Below the pieces are notes generated by a model, which worked only from the letters and a program-made list of their open reading frames with translations, had not been told where the DNA came from and searched no databases. A DNA stretch of 53,137 bases from a virus (taxonomy: Duplodnaviria; Heunggongvirae; Uroviricota; Caudoviricetes). The translations under genes were made by a program, and so were the position numbers. Numbering within the stretch: the first letter of the stretch is position 1; each line of letters opens with the position of its first letter. Positions 1 to 10,416 of the stretch are shown here, in pieces. Location of the stretch: IMG/VR virus record IMGVR_UViG_2645727867_000003. The stretch is one strand, 5' to 3'.

Positions 1-524
1 ATGACAACTCAAATCTCTGTTGAAACCATCTCCCCGTTCACCCATAACCAGATTCCTGTTATTACCACCGAACTTTTGGCGCAGCTTTATGGCACCGAAA
101 TTCTGAATATCCAGGTTAACTTCACCAGAAACAAAGAGCGTTTTGTCGAAGGAAAGCACTTTTTTAAAGCATCGGGTGAAGAATTAAAAAATTTGCGACT
201 TACTTTAAGTAAGTCACAAAACCCCATATCTCCCAAAGCCCGCCCCTCACCCTATGGACAGAACGCGGAGCAGCACGCCACGCAAAAATGCTGGAAACCG
301 TTCAGGCGTGGGAAGTGTTCGAAAAACTCGAAGACTGTTATTTCAGCCAAAAACAGCCACCAGCAGCACAAAACCCCCCAACCCAAAATGATGGATACGC
401 ATTACTGATCCACCTCGATAAACACGGGCAGGTCGAATTCACGGAAAAAATCCCCGCCGATGCGATGGTATGCACTCTGGAACGGTTTTTATCTGGAGCA
501 ACACGACTGGATCGTTGCCCGTAA
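1..524 (+). pseudogene. ORF6N-domain antirepressor-like gene, disrupted by a frameshift near 230-245
   Basis: Frame 1 (1..408) matches the N-terminus of the intact paralog at 42437..42988 (ITTELLAxLYGTE...RFxEGKHFFKA). Homology then continues in frame 2 (288..524, ...AARHAKMLETVQAWEVFEKLED...). Confidence 0.5.
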
Positions 525-930
525 AGAACAACTGGTAGAACGGTTGATGCGGTTTTAATGATTGCAAAACCCCGGATGATCACTGGGGTTAATTTTATCA
601 AGCGTGATTGCCGCTAATCGCCCTCTCTCTGATTGAGCGTAAATCATCCAGGTTATGCAGTTCTTCCTGGACGTAATTGTCACAGGCTCCAGCAATGATA
701 GACTCTCAATTTTAAGAGCCGTAGATAAAGAGCCTGCACATACGTTCATTAAGCAAACGCTTCAAAATGTCTGGAAAAAAATACGGACTTCCGAAAATCT
801 GAAAAATCATCCATATCAACAGGATGCACGAAAAATGAGAGTTCCGTCACTTCCGGAATTAACTTTTCCGTGGCACTATTTACCCGGCATAGTGTATATC
901 TTCACAATAATGACATAATCAACGCAGTTC

Positions 931-962
931 ATGGGGGAGGTGATGGTCCCCCATCTTTTTGT
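931..962 (+). terminator. intrinsic terminator (8-bp stem ATGGGGGA/TCCCCCAT followed by T-run)
   Basis: Perfect inverted repeat with 8-nt loop followed by CTTTTTGT on the plus strand. Confidence 0.5.
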
Positions 963-965
963 CTG

Positions 966-1637
966 TTATTCCTGTGCCCAGCCAACCCTGTATACCAGGA
1001 TCTCATCCGCACTGCTCAGCGATTCCAGGTCCTTCTTCATGGTGCGCTGGCGAATGTGGATTTCCATCCCTTTGCTGAACATCGCCTGCTCTGCCGCTTC
1101 ACTCAGCGCAATAAGCTCTTCTGCTGTCACCTGTACATCATTGTTTTCCGCATCCGTCCAGAAAAACGCCTCCGGCAGTTTCCCCGCTTTCGCTGCCGCC
1201 ACCGATGGCTCAAGGCGCGTCTGCGTTGACTTTCCGTAGTCCCATTTCCGGCCATTGTGCTCAAACGTGTAGTTCGCCGCCTCCATCGCATTACGCCACG
1301 CGTTTATTTCATCGCCCTTCATCCCGCGCGCTTTCTCCGCGGTCAGAGTATCAACGACGTTTTCCCCGTCAAACTTCCACCGCCCGGAGATATCAGCTTT
1401 GCGGTTTTCTGCTGTATCCTCAACCTCCACCACACTCTGCCCCACTGGCCACAGCATCGACACATCCTTACTGATACTCGTGATTATGCCTTCGCTGTCA
1501 TAAACCAGCTTCAGCGTATCCGCCTTAAATGACGACTGGCTTTCATACCAGTCACGGCCATCCTCTGCCTTCAGGTACATTGACCCCGGAACATCCGACT
1601 TCTCAGGAGTATAACGTTGCAGATTTTTAAGATTCAT
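966..1637 (-). CDS. putative tail fiber assembly/chaperone protein (called mainly from position downstream of stf)
   Basis: 223-aa ORF immediately downstream of the side tail fiber gene. No clear match to the lambda Tfa C-terminal motif. Confidence 0.45.
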   Translation of the reverse strand: MNLKNLQRYTPEKSDVPGSMYLKAEDGRDWYESQSSFKADTLKLVYDSEGIITSISKDVSMLWPVGQSVVEVEDTAENRKADISGRWKFDGENVVDTLTAEKARGMKGDEINAWRNAMEAANYTFEHNGRKWDYGKSTQTRLEPSVAAAKAGKLPEAFFWTDAENNDVQVTAEELIALSEAAEQAMFSKGMEIHIRQRTMKKDLESLSSADEILVYRVGWAQE

Positions 1638-1705
1638 TTCTTCTCCTCATACGAATATTCAGGACAGGGTACCCGTTTAAGCTTTCCGCGCCCGGAAAAA
1701 TCATG

Positions 1706-2974
1706 TTATTCATGTTCCACCGTAACCCACTGGCTGCCATCATGAACCTGAAGGAAGCCGTAAGTGACAGCGGTGACACAGGCTGCCCCTAAATTGCCGT
1801 TCGTCAGTGATACCGGAGCCGTCCTGATATTCAGAATCACAGCGCCATCAGGGGCTGCATTTTCCCCCTGCGCACCGCCATAAAAAGAGGGGAAAACGAC
1901 TGTGCTGGAGGTGACTTCTGTTTTCTCGCTGATACGCACTCTGTTCGCCTGTGAATCTGCGCCATCCTTCCCTGCGGGGCCCGTCGGCCCGGTATCACCT
2001 TTCGGCCCCCGCTCACCGGCAGGGCCTGCCGGGCCGGGGTCACCTTTATCCCCTTTTTCCCCTTGTGGTCCTCTGGGGCCGGTAGCACCCTGTGGACCTC
2101 GATCACCAGGCTCGCCTTTTTCCCCCTTAGGACCGACGCTACCTGTTGGCCCCGGAGGTCCAGGTATACCCTGTGGACCAGCCGGACCTGTATCGCCTCT
2201 CTCCCCTGCCACACCCTGCAATCCTTGCGGCCCTCTCTCTCCGGCGGGTCCCCTCGGACCTGCCGGGCCCTGAGGCCCCGGCTCCCCTCTGGGGCCAGTG
2301 TCACCTTTTGGTCCCGGAGGTCCTCCGGGATCTCCCGGCTCTCCTTTTTCGCCTCTGGCTCCGGTTTCACCTCGCGGGCCCGCAGGACCAGCAGGCCCCT
2401 GAATACCCGCCTCTCCTTGCGGTCCCACGGGTCCGGTTTCACCCCGTGGCCCCTGTACCCCCTGTGGGCCTGCCTCACCACGCTCACCCTTTGGCCCACG
2501 CTCGCCGGTATCGCCTTTTGGCCCGGGAATACCCTGTGGCCCGGTGTCTCCCTTATCCCCCTTCGGTCCCCGCGCATTCTCTGCCCGTTTCTTCGCTTCC
2601 TCTGCACTCGCCGCTGACGCTTCCGCACGTTTCAGGATTTCCGCGGCCACCGCTTCCAGCTCTGCAAGGGCTTTCGGGTAATACTGTGCGTCCTCCAGGT
2701 CCATCAGAAATTTATTCAGCGTTCCCGGTGCAGAGTCCGCCTTCACCAGAATGTCACCCACATATGACGGCGCGTACCCTTCCGTGTTCAGCGTCACCCG
2801 GTACAACCCCGGCTCAACATCCATACTGTAACTGCCGGTTTCCCCCGGCTGACCATACGCCACCGTGGTGACAATCACCGTCTCCGTTGTGCGTCGCGCT
2901 TTCAGCTCTATCGTGCATCCCGGTACCGGCTTACCGGCCCCGTCCTTCAGCACACCAGAAATTTTAACCGTCAT
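1706..2974 (-). CDS. stf: side tail fiber protein with long collagen-like Gly-X-Y repeat region
   Basis: N-terminus [17 protein letters not shown]...CTIELKARR resembles lambda Stf. The central ~270 aa are Gly-X-Y triplets ([20 protein letters not shown]...). SD GGAAAGG precedes the ATG at 2974. Confidence 0.85.
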   Translation of the reverse strand: MTVKISGVLKDGAGKPVPGCTIELKARRTTETVIVTTVAYGQPGETGSYSMDVEPGLYRVTLNTEGYAPSYVGDILVKADSAPGTLNKFLMDLEDAQYYPKALAELEAVAAEILKRAEASAASAEEAKKRAENARGPKGDKGDTGPQGIPGPKGDTGERGPKGERGEAGPQGVQGPRGETGPVGPQGEAGIQGPAGPAGPRGETGARGEKGEPGDPGGPPGPKGDTGPRGEPGPQGPAGPRGPAGERGPQGLQGVAGERGDTGPAGPQGIPGPPGPTGSVGPKGEKGEPGDRGPQGATGPRGPQGEKGDKGDPGPAGPAGERGPKGDTGPTGPAGKDGADSQANRVRISEKTEVTSSTVVFPSFYGGAQGENAAPDGAVILNIRTAPVSLTNGNLGAACVTAVTYGFLQVHDGSQWVTVEHE

Positions 2975-2986
2975 ACCTTTCCACCA

Positions 2987-3018
2987 ATAAAAAAGCCCGC
3001 AGCAGTAATGCCACGGGC
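2987..3018 (-). terminator. intrinsic terminator between lom and stf
   Basis: Minus-strand hairpin GCCCG...CGGGC followed by T6, about 14 nt upstream of the stf RBS. Confidence 0.5.
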
Positions 3019-3123
3019 TTCAGGACAGTGTAACTTTACGTTTCCTCAGACGCAGCTCACCCATAAGGTGGATGAACATGCTCATTATACCAATATTTAC
3101 AGAAGATAAAGCTGTATCTGCCG

Positions 3124-3747
3124 TCAGAAACGGTATCCAATCCCAACAATAAACGCATCCGTTCGCCAGTCACCATGACCGGCCACTTCGTACGCAAGGT
3201 CAACCGCCACCGTATCCGCCGGATTAAACTGAAGTCCAGCCCCCCATGCCAGCGTCAGATGACGTGCAGAATGACCATCACTGGCAGTGGTGGTCACCCT
3301 GACATCCCCCGGTGTCACTTCATCACGCCGGTAATCCTGAACACTGTCAGACCAGCGGGTGTGCGCCATCCCGGCCATGCCATAAAGGCTGAGCTGCTCA
3401 CTGACCTGCCAGACCGGCCCCGCCATCAGGCTCACATAACGGCCACGCAGACTTTCATAATGAAATGCCTTATCCCCGGTCATCGTGGTTCTGCTCTTTT
3501 TCGCAGAGGCGTAACTCAGCGAGGCTATGCCGCCCAGATGGTCTGTGAATTCATAACGGTATTTCACGTTGATCCCTTTTAAATCACCTGTACGGGCACC
3601 GGTACCGGACAATACCGGTGCGCCGCCCGGGTGAACCTGAGCATATCCCACGGAAAATGCACCGTGTCCGCCTGCAGCCTGTGCAGGAAAAGTCATTACT
3701 GCCGGCAGGGTGGTAAAAAATAAAATGGCTCCGTATAAATACCGCAT
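3124..3747 (-). CDS. lom: Lom/Ail/OmpX-family outer membrane beta-barrel protein
   Basis: Signal peptide MRYLYGAILFFTTLPA... and C-terminal ...IVGIGYRF typical of Lom/Ail. Lies between J and stf as in lambda. SD AGAGG before the ATG at 3747. Confidence 0.85.
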   Translation of the reverse strand: MRYLYGAILFFTTLPAVMTFPAQAAGGHGAFSVGYAQVHPGGAPVLSGTGARTGDLKGINVKYRYEFTDHLGGIASLSYASAKKSRTTMTGDKAFHYESLRGRYVSLMAGPVWQVSEQLSLYGMAGMAHTRWSDSVQDYRRDEVTPGDVRVTTTASDGHSARHLTLAWGAGLQFNPADTVAVDLAYEVAGHGDWRTDAFIVGIGYRF

Positions 3748-3770
3748 GATTACCTCTTTGTTTTCAGTCA

Positions 3771-3796
3771 ATAAAAAAGGCACCACTTCGGGTGCC
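3771..3796 (-). terminator. intrinsic terminator downstream of J
   Basis: Minus-strand hairpin GGCACC-CGAAGT-GGTGCC followed by T6. Confidence 0.5.
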
Positions 3797-3815
3797 CGTC
3801 CGGGTTAATAAACCG

Positions 3816-6800
3816 TCAGCTGATACTGATTCCCGCCGTGGATTTTTTCATCACCACAACCAGTAAATCACTGATGTACGTCGTCGGTGTCCAGTTGTTC
3901 GCGCCGGTAGACGACACATTAAACGTCAGGGTGACATGACCCCGTCCTGCTGGCATGTCAATCACCGATGAGAACACCCGGCTGACATCCGTTGCCGGTT
4001 CATGAAAAATCTCTGCCCCGTTTTTCAGCACCTGCAGCTTACAGGTTGAATACCAGTACGACTGCTGATTCGGGCTGTTGACGTTCTGGTGTTTCGTCCC
4101 ACGAAACAGCACCGGTGGAATGATAATCTGCCGGTCGAAGCCCTGGTCATCGTAAACCGTGACGGTTATCGTGCCACGGGCATAACTGTTATTCCGGGGA
4201 AAGGCTTTCCCCACCGTCTTCACCAGATCGCCTTCAATCTGGTTCGCAGACAGTTTCCCTCTGATGACACAGTTCTCGTTAATGGTGACATTATTGAGCG
4301 TGCCAGAATTCGCTGTCACAGCTCCGCTGATATCCGCATTGCGGGCCGTCAGCCTGCCCTCCGGCGTCAGGGAGAACGTCGGGGGATTGCCGGATGACGT
4401 GATACTCACCGCAAACAGTCGCTTCAGGAACACGTCGTTCATAAACAGCTGATTCCCCTGCGCCACAAACAGCGGCGTGGTGTTGCCGTTCTCCGGGGTA
4501 ATCATCGCGATACGGTCCGCCTGCAGCAGAATATTGCTCAGCGTCTGGCCATCAGCATCCTCAATCCCCGCACCAATACCGGCAACATACGGAATGCCGT
4601 TTTTCGTTTTCTGCACCTTCAGCATGTACAGCGCTGCCAGCTCATCATTCGTGTCTGACTGGACCTGCTGTATCTGCTGTATGGTGGCGCTCTGGTCTTC
4701 CAGCTTTTTATCCGTGGTCGAGGTGATTTCACTCCCTTTGTCATCCACGTACTGGCGGACCTGCGCTATCTGCCTGGCGTTTTCCTCCGTGCTCTGGCTG
4801 ACTGTCTGTGTGATTTCACTGCTCACCCGGTCCACCTGCTGACTCACCTGCGCGATGGCCAGCGTCTGGTCCTCATTCTTTTTCGCAACCAGCTGCGTGA
4901 GGCTGTTTTCCGCCTCCCCGATTTTTCGGGTCACTTCCGCAACATCCGTCTCCAGCCGCTGGCGGATGTCTTCTTCCAGTTGCGTGACCTCAGTACGCAG
5001 GGCTGACGCATCAATACGCTCTTTCAGTGCCTTCCCCAGCAGCGCCTCATCTATCAGCCCACGGAAAATTTCCAGATACCCTTCACCATCATTGCTGGCC
5101 TGCCCGCTGGCCTCCACAAACGCAGATTTCCCCACCAGGTTGACGCTGCGCACATAAAACCAGAAATCCTTCCCCGGCTTAATGTGCGGGCCGGAGACGC
5201 TCCACTGGCTGCCGGTACCCAGATAACGGGCAGAGGTTTCCACCTGTGCCGTGTCCGTGATGCGTTTTTCTGAGAACCAGAATTCATGCTGTACCGTCGG
5301 GTCATACACCGCAGGATGCGGGACCACCGTTATCTGAAAATAGCCCGGCGTCAGTTCAATGCTGGCCGGTGCCGCCGGTGCATTAATCCGGAATGTGGTG
5401 GTGGCAGGTTCGCCCTGCTGGCCGTAGCTGTTTATCGCCCTGACCGTCAGGGTGTATTCCCCGAGCGGCAGGCCACTGAAACGGTACTCCGTGTCCGCCG
5501 TGATGGCGCTGGTCACCAGGCGGCTGTTCTCACCACTGCCACTGGTCAGGCGCAGACTGAAGCGCACGCCCTTCACCACCCGCGGCGAGTCCCATTTCGC
5601 CAGCGCCAGATACTGGCCGTCTGAGGCACTCACCTCCACCGTGAGGTGCTGCACCGCTGGCGGGATGACGCTGTTCAGTGAGCCGGACATCGGCTCAAAG
5701 CGGGCCCCGTTATCCACAATGGCTTCTTTTTCCGGCACATGCTGCACCGCCGTGATGGCAAAGGTGCCGTCCGTGTTTTCCCGGATGGAAACACAGCGGA
5801 ACAGGCGACGACGCAGTGACGGCAGGGAGAGTCCCCACACACCGTATGTCGCCACGCCATCAGGCAGGACGCTGACCTGTATCCGGTCAGGGGCGGGGTG
5901 TGCAGTGATGTCCACGCGCACCGGCTTACCGCTGCCGTTAATCAGGTTCACCGTCGATGTACCTGTCTCCGGCAGTGTCACCTCACGGTCCAGCGTCAGT
6001 GTGCGGCTGGCGGCATCGATGGACAGGATGCGTCCGCCGGTCAGGGTCCCGGCATAGTCGTTATCACAGATTTCAATGATGTCACCGGGTGTGTGCCGCA
6101 GCCCCTGAGACCCGAGCGTGAAATCCACCGTCTGCGTTTCCAGCAGTTCTGTCTTTATCACCCACAGTCCGGCACGGTGAGCCTGACCGCGGCTGGTACA
6201 GCCGAACGCATCCATCTTCAGCAGGTTGCGCCCGTAGCGCAGGATGGCATCCGGGTCTTCCACCAGTTCCGTGGACGTCTGCCAGCCGTTCTGCGGGTCG
6301 GTGTAATTCACCTCCACCGCCGTGTGCCGGTCCTTCAGGGCACTGAAGCTGTAGCGGAACCCCACGCCGTTATCATCCACCACCACATCGCTGTTGGTGT
6401 ACGGCCACACCACATCCGACGGACGGTCCTGAACGAACGTCAGCGTCTGGCCGTTCCATACCGGCATACAGCGCATCGCCGAGCAGAAATCCCCCAGGAC
6501 ATCCCACACCTTACGCTGCTGTGACAGGTACGCATTAAAGGTCATCCGCGGCTCTGTGCCCCCGAAACCATCCGGGACCGTCTGGTCGCAGTACTGCCCG
6601 ATGGCATACAGCGCCCACTTGTCCACATCCGCGGCCCCCAGGCGTTTTCCCATCCCGTAGCGCGGGTGGGTCAGCATGTCCCACAGGCACCAGGCCGGGT
6701 TATTGCTGTATGCCGGTTTCAGACTCCCGTCCCAGATACCGCTGTAGGTGCGTTTTTCCGGGGCATAGTTTGACGGCACCTGAATGATGCGGCCGCGGAT

Positions 6801-7511
6801 ATGGTAGTTCACCACCATCTGCTGGCCACCGAACTGCTCCGCATCCACCTGCAGCCCCACAATGGCCGTGTTCGGGTAGCACTGTTTCACATCGATGATT
6901 TCGGTGTATGACGACCACAGCGTTCTGTTCTGCAGCTGGTCCGTGGTACTGTCCGCCGTCACCCTGACCACCCGGATGTTAAAGGGCCGCTCAGGGAGAT
7001 TATTCAGAATCACCGACGTCAGGTACTGCGAGGTGGTCTTGCCGTTAATGGTGACATCCTTCTCCGTCACCCAGTTACCGTTACGCTCAAGCTGAATCAG
7101 CAGGCGGACAGAAGAGGGATTACGGTCACCCTTTGAGGTGGTCTCCACCAGTGACTGCACCCCGAAGGTGACCCGCAGACGGTCAATGTTCGCTGACGTG
7201 ATGGTGCGCGTCACCGGCTTTGCCTTCGTCACCTCCACGCCCAGTGCGGTTTCTGCCCCGGAGGACTCAAAGCCTTCCGGCGGTGTCTGCTCCTGCTCCC
7301 CGGCACGCCAGACGGCGGTCACACCGTGTATCACGGGATTACCGTCCGTGTCCGTCAGCGGGGTTTTGTTCACCAGAATACTCTGCAGTCCCTTCACCGG
7401 ACCTTCCACCGGTCCCTCACCAATGGCATCAATCACGCTCATCATCTGCGTTGACTTGAGATTGTCCTTCGCCTCACGCGGTGTGTGCCCCTTGCCGCCC
7501 CCTTTACCCAC
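3816..7511 (-). CDS. J: host specificity protein J (central tail fiber/tip)
   Basis: Collinear similarity to lambda gpJ from [22 protein letters not shown] onward. Likely GTG start at 7511 preceded by SD AGGAGAGGGGG; the 5' part of the ORF-track ORF has no counterpart in J. Confidence 0.9.
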   Translation of the reverse strand: MGKGGGKGHTPREAKDNLKSTQMMSVIDAIGEGPVEGPVKGLQSILVNKTPLTDTDGNPVIHGVTAVWRAGEQEQTPPEGFESSGAETALGVEVTKAKPVTRTITSANIDRLRVTFGVQSLVETTSKGDRNPSSVRLLIQLERNGNWVTEKDVTINGKTTSQYLTSVILNNLPERPFNIRVVRVTADSTTDQLQNRTLWSSYTEIIDVKQCYPNTAIVGLQVDAEQFGGQQMVVNYHIRGRIIQVPSNYAPEKRTYSGIWDGSLKPAYSNNPAWCLWDMLTHPRYGMGKRLGAADVDKWALYAIGQYCDQTVPDGFGGTEPRMTFNAYLSQQRKVWDVLGDFCSAMRCMPVWNGQTLTFVQDRPSDVVWPYTNSDVVVDDNGVGFRYSFSALKDRHTAVEVNYTDPQNGWQTSTELVEDPDAILRYGRNLLKMDAFGCTSRGQAHRAGLWVIKTELLETQTVDFTLGSQGLRHTPGDIIEICDNDYAGTLTGGRILSIDAASRTLTLDREVTLPETGTSTVNLINGSGKPVRVDITAHPAPDRIQVSVLPDGVATYGVWGLSLPSLRRRLFRCVSIRENTDGTFAITAVQHVPEKEAIVDNGARFEPMSGSLNSVIPPAVQHLTVEVSASDGQYLALAKWDSPRVVKGVRFSLRLTSGSGENSRLVTSAITADTEYRFSGLPLGEYTLTVRAINSYGQQGEPATTTFRINAPAAPASIELTPGYFQITVVPHPAVYDPTVQHEFWFSEKRITDTAQVETSARYLGTGSQWSVSGPHIKPGKDFWFYVRSVNLVGKSAFVEASGQASNDGEGYLEIFRGLIDEALLGKALKERIDASALRTEVTQLEEDIRQRLETDVAEVTRKIGEAENSLTQLVAKKNEDQTLAIAQVSQQVDRVSSEITQTVSQSTEENARQIAQVRQYVDDKGSEITSTTDKKLEDQSATIQQIQQVQSDTNDELAALYMLKVQKTKNGIPYVAGIGAGIEDADGQTLSNILLQADRIAMITPENGNTTPLFVAQGNQLFMNDVFLKRLFAVSITSSGNPPTFSLTPEGRLTARNADISGAVTANSGTLNNVTINENCVIRGKLSANQIEGDLVKTVGKAFPRNNSYARGTITVTVYDDQGFDRQIIIPPVLFRGTKHQNVNSPNQQSYWYSTCKLQVLKNGAEIFHEPATDVSRVFSSVIDMPAGRGHVTLTFNVSSTGANNWTPTTYISDLLVVVMKKSTAGISIS

Positions 7512-7555
7512 TCTGTCCCCCTCTCCTGTCTGATGTCTGAATCTGTTTATGCCCA

Positions 7556-7586
7556 AAAACAACAGGCACCCCGGAGGGTGCCTGTG
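7556..7586 (-). terminator. intrinsic terminator in the J 5' leader
   Basis: Minus-strand hairpin ACAGGCACC-CTCCGG-GGTGCCTGT followed by TGTTTTTGGG. Confidence 0.45.
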
Positions 7587-7715
7587 TCATGACGGAATAA
7601 AATTTCTGAAATTCTTCACATTTCTGCAAATTGCCTGTAGCCGCAATAATGACGCTGCGTTACTTTTTTGATGCCTGAAAAATAACTCCATAACGTTAAT
7701 CTTCATCGTTTATTT

Positions 7716-7749
7716 CCCGCAGCTCCGCTAACTCTGCGGGATTTTTTTA
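7716..7749 (+). terminator. intrinsic terminator of mini-unit 1
   Basis: CCCGCAG-11 nt-CTGCGGG followed by ATTTTTTTA. Confidence 0.6.
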
Positions 7750-7940
7750 TCCCTTAAACCCGGCCTGATATTTTCTGTCCTCTGCCACCGATATCCCGCA
7801 GCCCCTTCCTGTGAATAAAAATTCTGAATTTATTCACATTTCTGCAAATTACCTGTGGCACTCATAATCACCATACGTTACAATTCGCCCGCTGATTACA
7901 GGCAATAATCAAAACTACTCCTTAAGGTGACTATTCGTTT

Positions 7941-7978
7941 CTCCCGTCAATATCCAGGTGTATTACGGGAGATTTTTT
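7941..7978 (+). terminator. intrinsic terminator of mini-unit 2
   Basis: CTCCCGT-17 nt-ACGGGAG followed by ATTTTTTAA. Confidence 0.5.
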
Positions 7979-8170
7979 AATTCCCCCCTCAGTATCACGG
8001 ACATTACTGACGCCACTCTGTCGCCAGAGACGAATGTACGGGATAAATAAAAACTCTGATTTTCTTCACATTTTCAGTCATTCTCCGTGGCAGAGTGCAT
8101 TCCGGCAGGTTACAGTTTCTTCGGGTCAATAAAAATAAAACGCCAACAGGTTAGTCAACATCGTTCTCTT

Positions 8171-8201
8171 CCCGCAGCACGGAGTACTGCGGGATTTTTT
8201 T
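8171..8201 (+). terminator. intrinsic terminator of mini-unit 3
   Basis: CCCGCAG-9 nt-CTGCGGG followed by ATTTTTTTA. Confidence 0.6.
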
Positions 8202-8389
8202 ATCCCCTTAAACCGGCATGATGCCTTCTGTCCTCTGCCACCGATATCCGGCCCCTCCCTTCCCGTGAATAAAAATTCTGAGTTTATTCACATTTCCGCA
8301 CACTGACTGTAGTGCTCATAATCACGCTGCGTTACAGTTCATCTGCCAGAATAATGAAAAATTCCTTAAAGTTAATCTTCGTATCTCTT

Positions 8390-8422
8390 CCCGCAGGCGC
8401 CGAACACTGCGGGATTTTTTTT
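8390..8422 (+). terminator. intrinsic terminator of mini-unit 4
   Basis: CCCGCAG-10 nt-CTGCGGG followed by ATTTTTTTT, abutting the stop codon of gene I. Confidence 0.6.
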
Positions 8423-9066
8423 CATCCCCGCCCGATAACCACCACTTTCCCGTCACCGCCCTCATCACGGGTGCTGATGTCCTGGGATATCCGTCGTGAA
8501 CCAACCAGCATTTCACCGTAAGGCACCGGCACCGGATTCCCCTGAGCAATCATGTTGTCCAGTGACGAAAAATACGTGTTCTGTCTGCCGTTATCCGTGC
8601 TTTTGTACTCCGGCGTCTTTGCCTTCGGGGCCAGCATCTGGGCCACACCACCCAGTGCCATTGCAGAGCCCATGGAAAACATGATGTTGCTGGCTGCAAT
8701 ACCGATACCCGGCATCCAGATAGCTGCCGCAACCAGCGCAACGCCAAGCACGGCCTGAAACACTCCGCCACTTTTGGCACCTTCTGCCCGGGGAACCAGA
8801 TGAATGACATCCCCCGGGTTCAGTGGCTCATGCAGTCGGGGCGATATCTGGTCCGGCGCGGTATCCTCACCGGCAATACGTATCTGATACCAGCCTTCGT
8901 TCATCTGACGGCGGAATCCCGGCACCTGCTGCGACAGGGCACGGATGGCCTCCGCTGCCGTGTTCACATACAGACTGATGCGGCGACCAAATCGTTGTAA
9001 ATCCCCGTGAAGGCAGATGCGGACCAGTGGCGGTGACGCCAGACAGAATGCGTTCGTCGTTGCCAT
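8422..9066 (-). CDS. I: tail assembly protein I
   Basis: Collinear with lambda gpI (…RICLHGDLQRFGRRI…, …GGVAQMLAPKAKTP…, C-terminal VVVIGRG). Confidence 0.85.
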   Translation of the reverse strand: MATTNAFCLASPPLVRICLHGDLQRFGRRISLYVNTAAEAIRALSQQVPGFRRQMNEGWYQIRIAGEDTAPDQISPRLHEPLNPGDVIHLVPRAEGAKSGGVFQAVLGVALVAAAIWMPGIGIAASNIMFSMGSAMALGGVAQMLAPKAKTPEYKSTDNGRQNTYFSSLDNMIAQGNPVPVPYGEMLVGSRRISQDISTRDEGGDGKVVVIGRG

Positions 9067-9707
9067 TTTTCAGAATACCTCTCCCGTTTACTCAGTTGTT
9101 CAGGTATATGGTGAAGCAGGTCACCGTTGCCACAGTAAATGGCAGCATGATTCGGCACCGATGAACCAAAGCAGCACAGCAGAATATCGCCTGCCTGTGC
9201 ACAGGACGGAGACACACGGTAAAAGCCAGTGGCCTCCATATTGTCCAGGTACAGGTTCTGACCGTTGCGCCACCAGTCATCCTCACGCACAAAATCCGGC
9301 AGCGTTATCCCCGCCAGATGGTATGCATCCCGGAACAGGGTGTAACAGTCCGTCACACCGTGTTCAAAGCGCCGTCCGGTCAGGTGCGGCACACAGCGGA
9401 AGCGGTGAATTTCACCCCGGCAGACCAGCCACCAGGGCAGGGCACTCTTTATCTGCAGCCGCCGGTCCGCCTCGCTCAGCCAGGGCAGACCACCGGGATG
9501 ACTGTGGACCAGCGTCACAATCTCCCCCTGCATCTGTGCCTGCAGCCAGTCTTCCGGTGCAATACGAAAATACGCCTCCGGCTCTGCGGAGATATTCACG
9601 CAGGGCTGGTACCGCTCGCCCTCCGGGGTGCTTATCACGAAGCCGCACGACTCCGCTGGCGCACACCGCCGGGCATGCGCCAGAATCGCTGATTCAGTCT
9701 GTGTCAT
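8964..9707 (-). CDS. K: tail assembly protein K (JAB/MPN plus NlpC/P60-like)
   Basis: Start MTQTESAILAHARRCAPAESCGF matches the lambda gpK family; motifs HSHPGG and CxGxxxH present. The 3' end overlaps I by ~100 nt. Confidence 0.85.
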   Translation of the reverse strand: MTQTESAILAHARRCAPAESCGFVISTPEGERYQPCVNISAEPEAYFRIAPEDWLQAQMQGEIVTLVHSHPGGLPWLSEADRRLQIKSALPWWLVCRGEIHRFRCVPHLTGRRFEHGVTDCYTLFRDAYHLAGITLPDFVREDDWWRNGQNLYLDNMEATGFYRVSPSCAQAGDILLCCFGSSVPNHAAIYCGNGDLLHHIPEQLSKRERYSEKWQRRTHSVWRHRHWSASAFTGIYNDLVAASVCM

Positions 9708-9717
9708 AAAACGGGAT

Positions 9718-10416
9718 TTACTGCGAAAGTTTATTAATGGAAAGGAAACCGCCGAAATTAACCGCCATGCCGCGCATCTCACACCCGCGCATGCATTTAC
9801 TGCATCTGTCCTTCCGGATATCCGTGGTGGGGTTGTCGAACTCATCCGCCACTGCCGGACCGTTATACCCGCATTCATCGCCCCGGTAATCCCACATACA
9901 GGTGTTCACCAGCATGATGCGACCGGGAAACAGCGCACCGTCCGTCTCCGTCGGTGTCGCCAGCACAAACGAGGCCGTCATGGCCGTCAGCGCTGACATC
10001 TGCTCCACCACCCACCGGTCCGTCAGCTCCTGCTCCGGGTCGGCCTCCGGATTCCCCGCCACAAAATTCACCGCATCCAGAAAACGCGCATACACCCGGC
10101 GGCGGACCACCGTGGCCCCCACCAGGCTCTGCAAATCCTCCGCCATCCCGGTGACAAGGCCGAAAAGATTGGACACTGTCAGCGACGGGCGGGCACTGCT
10201 GCCCTTTCCGTTCATCTCAAAGCCGCTGCCCTCAATCGGGTACGCCTGATATTCACGCCCCTGCCAGGTCACCGGCTCCCCTTTTTCATTCAGCTCATTG
10301 CAGAAAAAATACCGCTCACCGCCCTGCACCGTCAGGTCGATTTCCCAGAGCACCACCCGCGGTGACTGCTCTGACTTAACCGACTCGTTCAGGCTTTCTT
10401 CGTGAATATCCTGCAT
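9718..10416 (-). CDS. L: minor tail protein L
   Basis: MQDIHEESLNESVK...WEIDLTVQGGERYFFCNE... and C-terminal Cys cluster and FGGFLSINKLSQ, as in lambda gpL. Confidence 0.85.
   Translation of the reverse strand: MQDIHEESLNESVKSEQSPRVVLWEIDLTVQGGERYFFCNELNEKGEPVTWQGREYQAYPIEGSGFEMNGKGSSARPSLTVSNLFGLVTGMAEDLQSLVGATVVRRRVYARFLDAVNFVAGNPEADPEQELTDRWVVEQMSALTAMTASFVLATPTETDGALFPGRIMLVNTCMWDYRGDECGYNGPAVADEFDNPTTDIRKDRCSKCMRGCEMRGMAVNFGGFLSINKLSQ

Larger units (their letters stand above)
7590..8422 (+). repeat. tandem array of four ~200-230-bp promoter/terminator mini-units (candidate sRNA genes) between tail genes I and J
   Basis: Four repeats of a palindromic box (TGAATAAAAATTCTGAATTTATTCA or variant), then a -10-like CATAAT/CAATAAT in units 1, 2 and 4, then ~90-100 nt without an ORF, then a plus-strand terminator. 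No protein-coding potential. Confidence 0.6.

Noticed and set aside
1837-2871. Long ORFs on both strands inside the collagen-like tail fibre gene (1837..2628 minus, 2063..2617 plus, 2146..2871 plus, 1902..2273 plus)
   Set aside because: Artefacts of the GC-rich Gly-X-Y codon repeat; Pro/Arg/Gly-rich low-complexity translations nested in a well-supported gene.
4089-6524. Plus-strand ORFs antisense to J (for example 5452..6057, 5898..6524)
   Set aside because: Fully nested in the J coding region on the opposite strand, with Arg/Ser/Cys-rich biased composition and no SD.
7590-8422. Assigning the I–J mini-units to a named prophage sRNA family
   Set aside because: I cannot verify identity without a database search, and the units lack an obvious CA-rich target-mimic stretch; left as an unnamed candidate.
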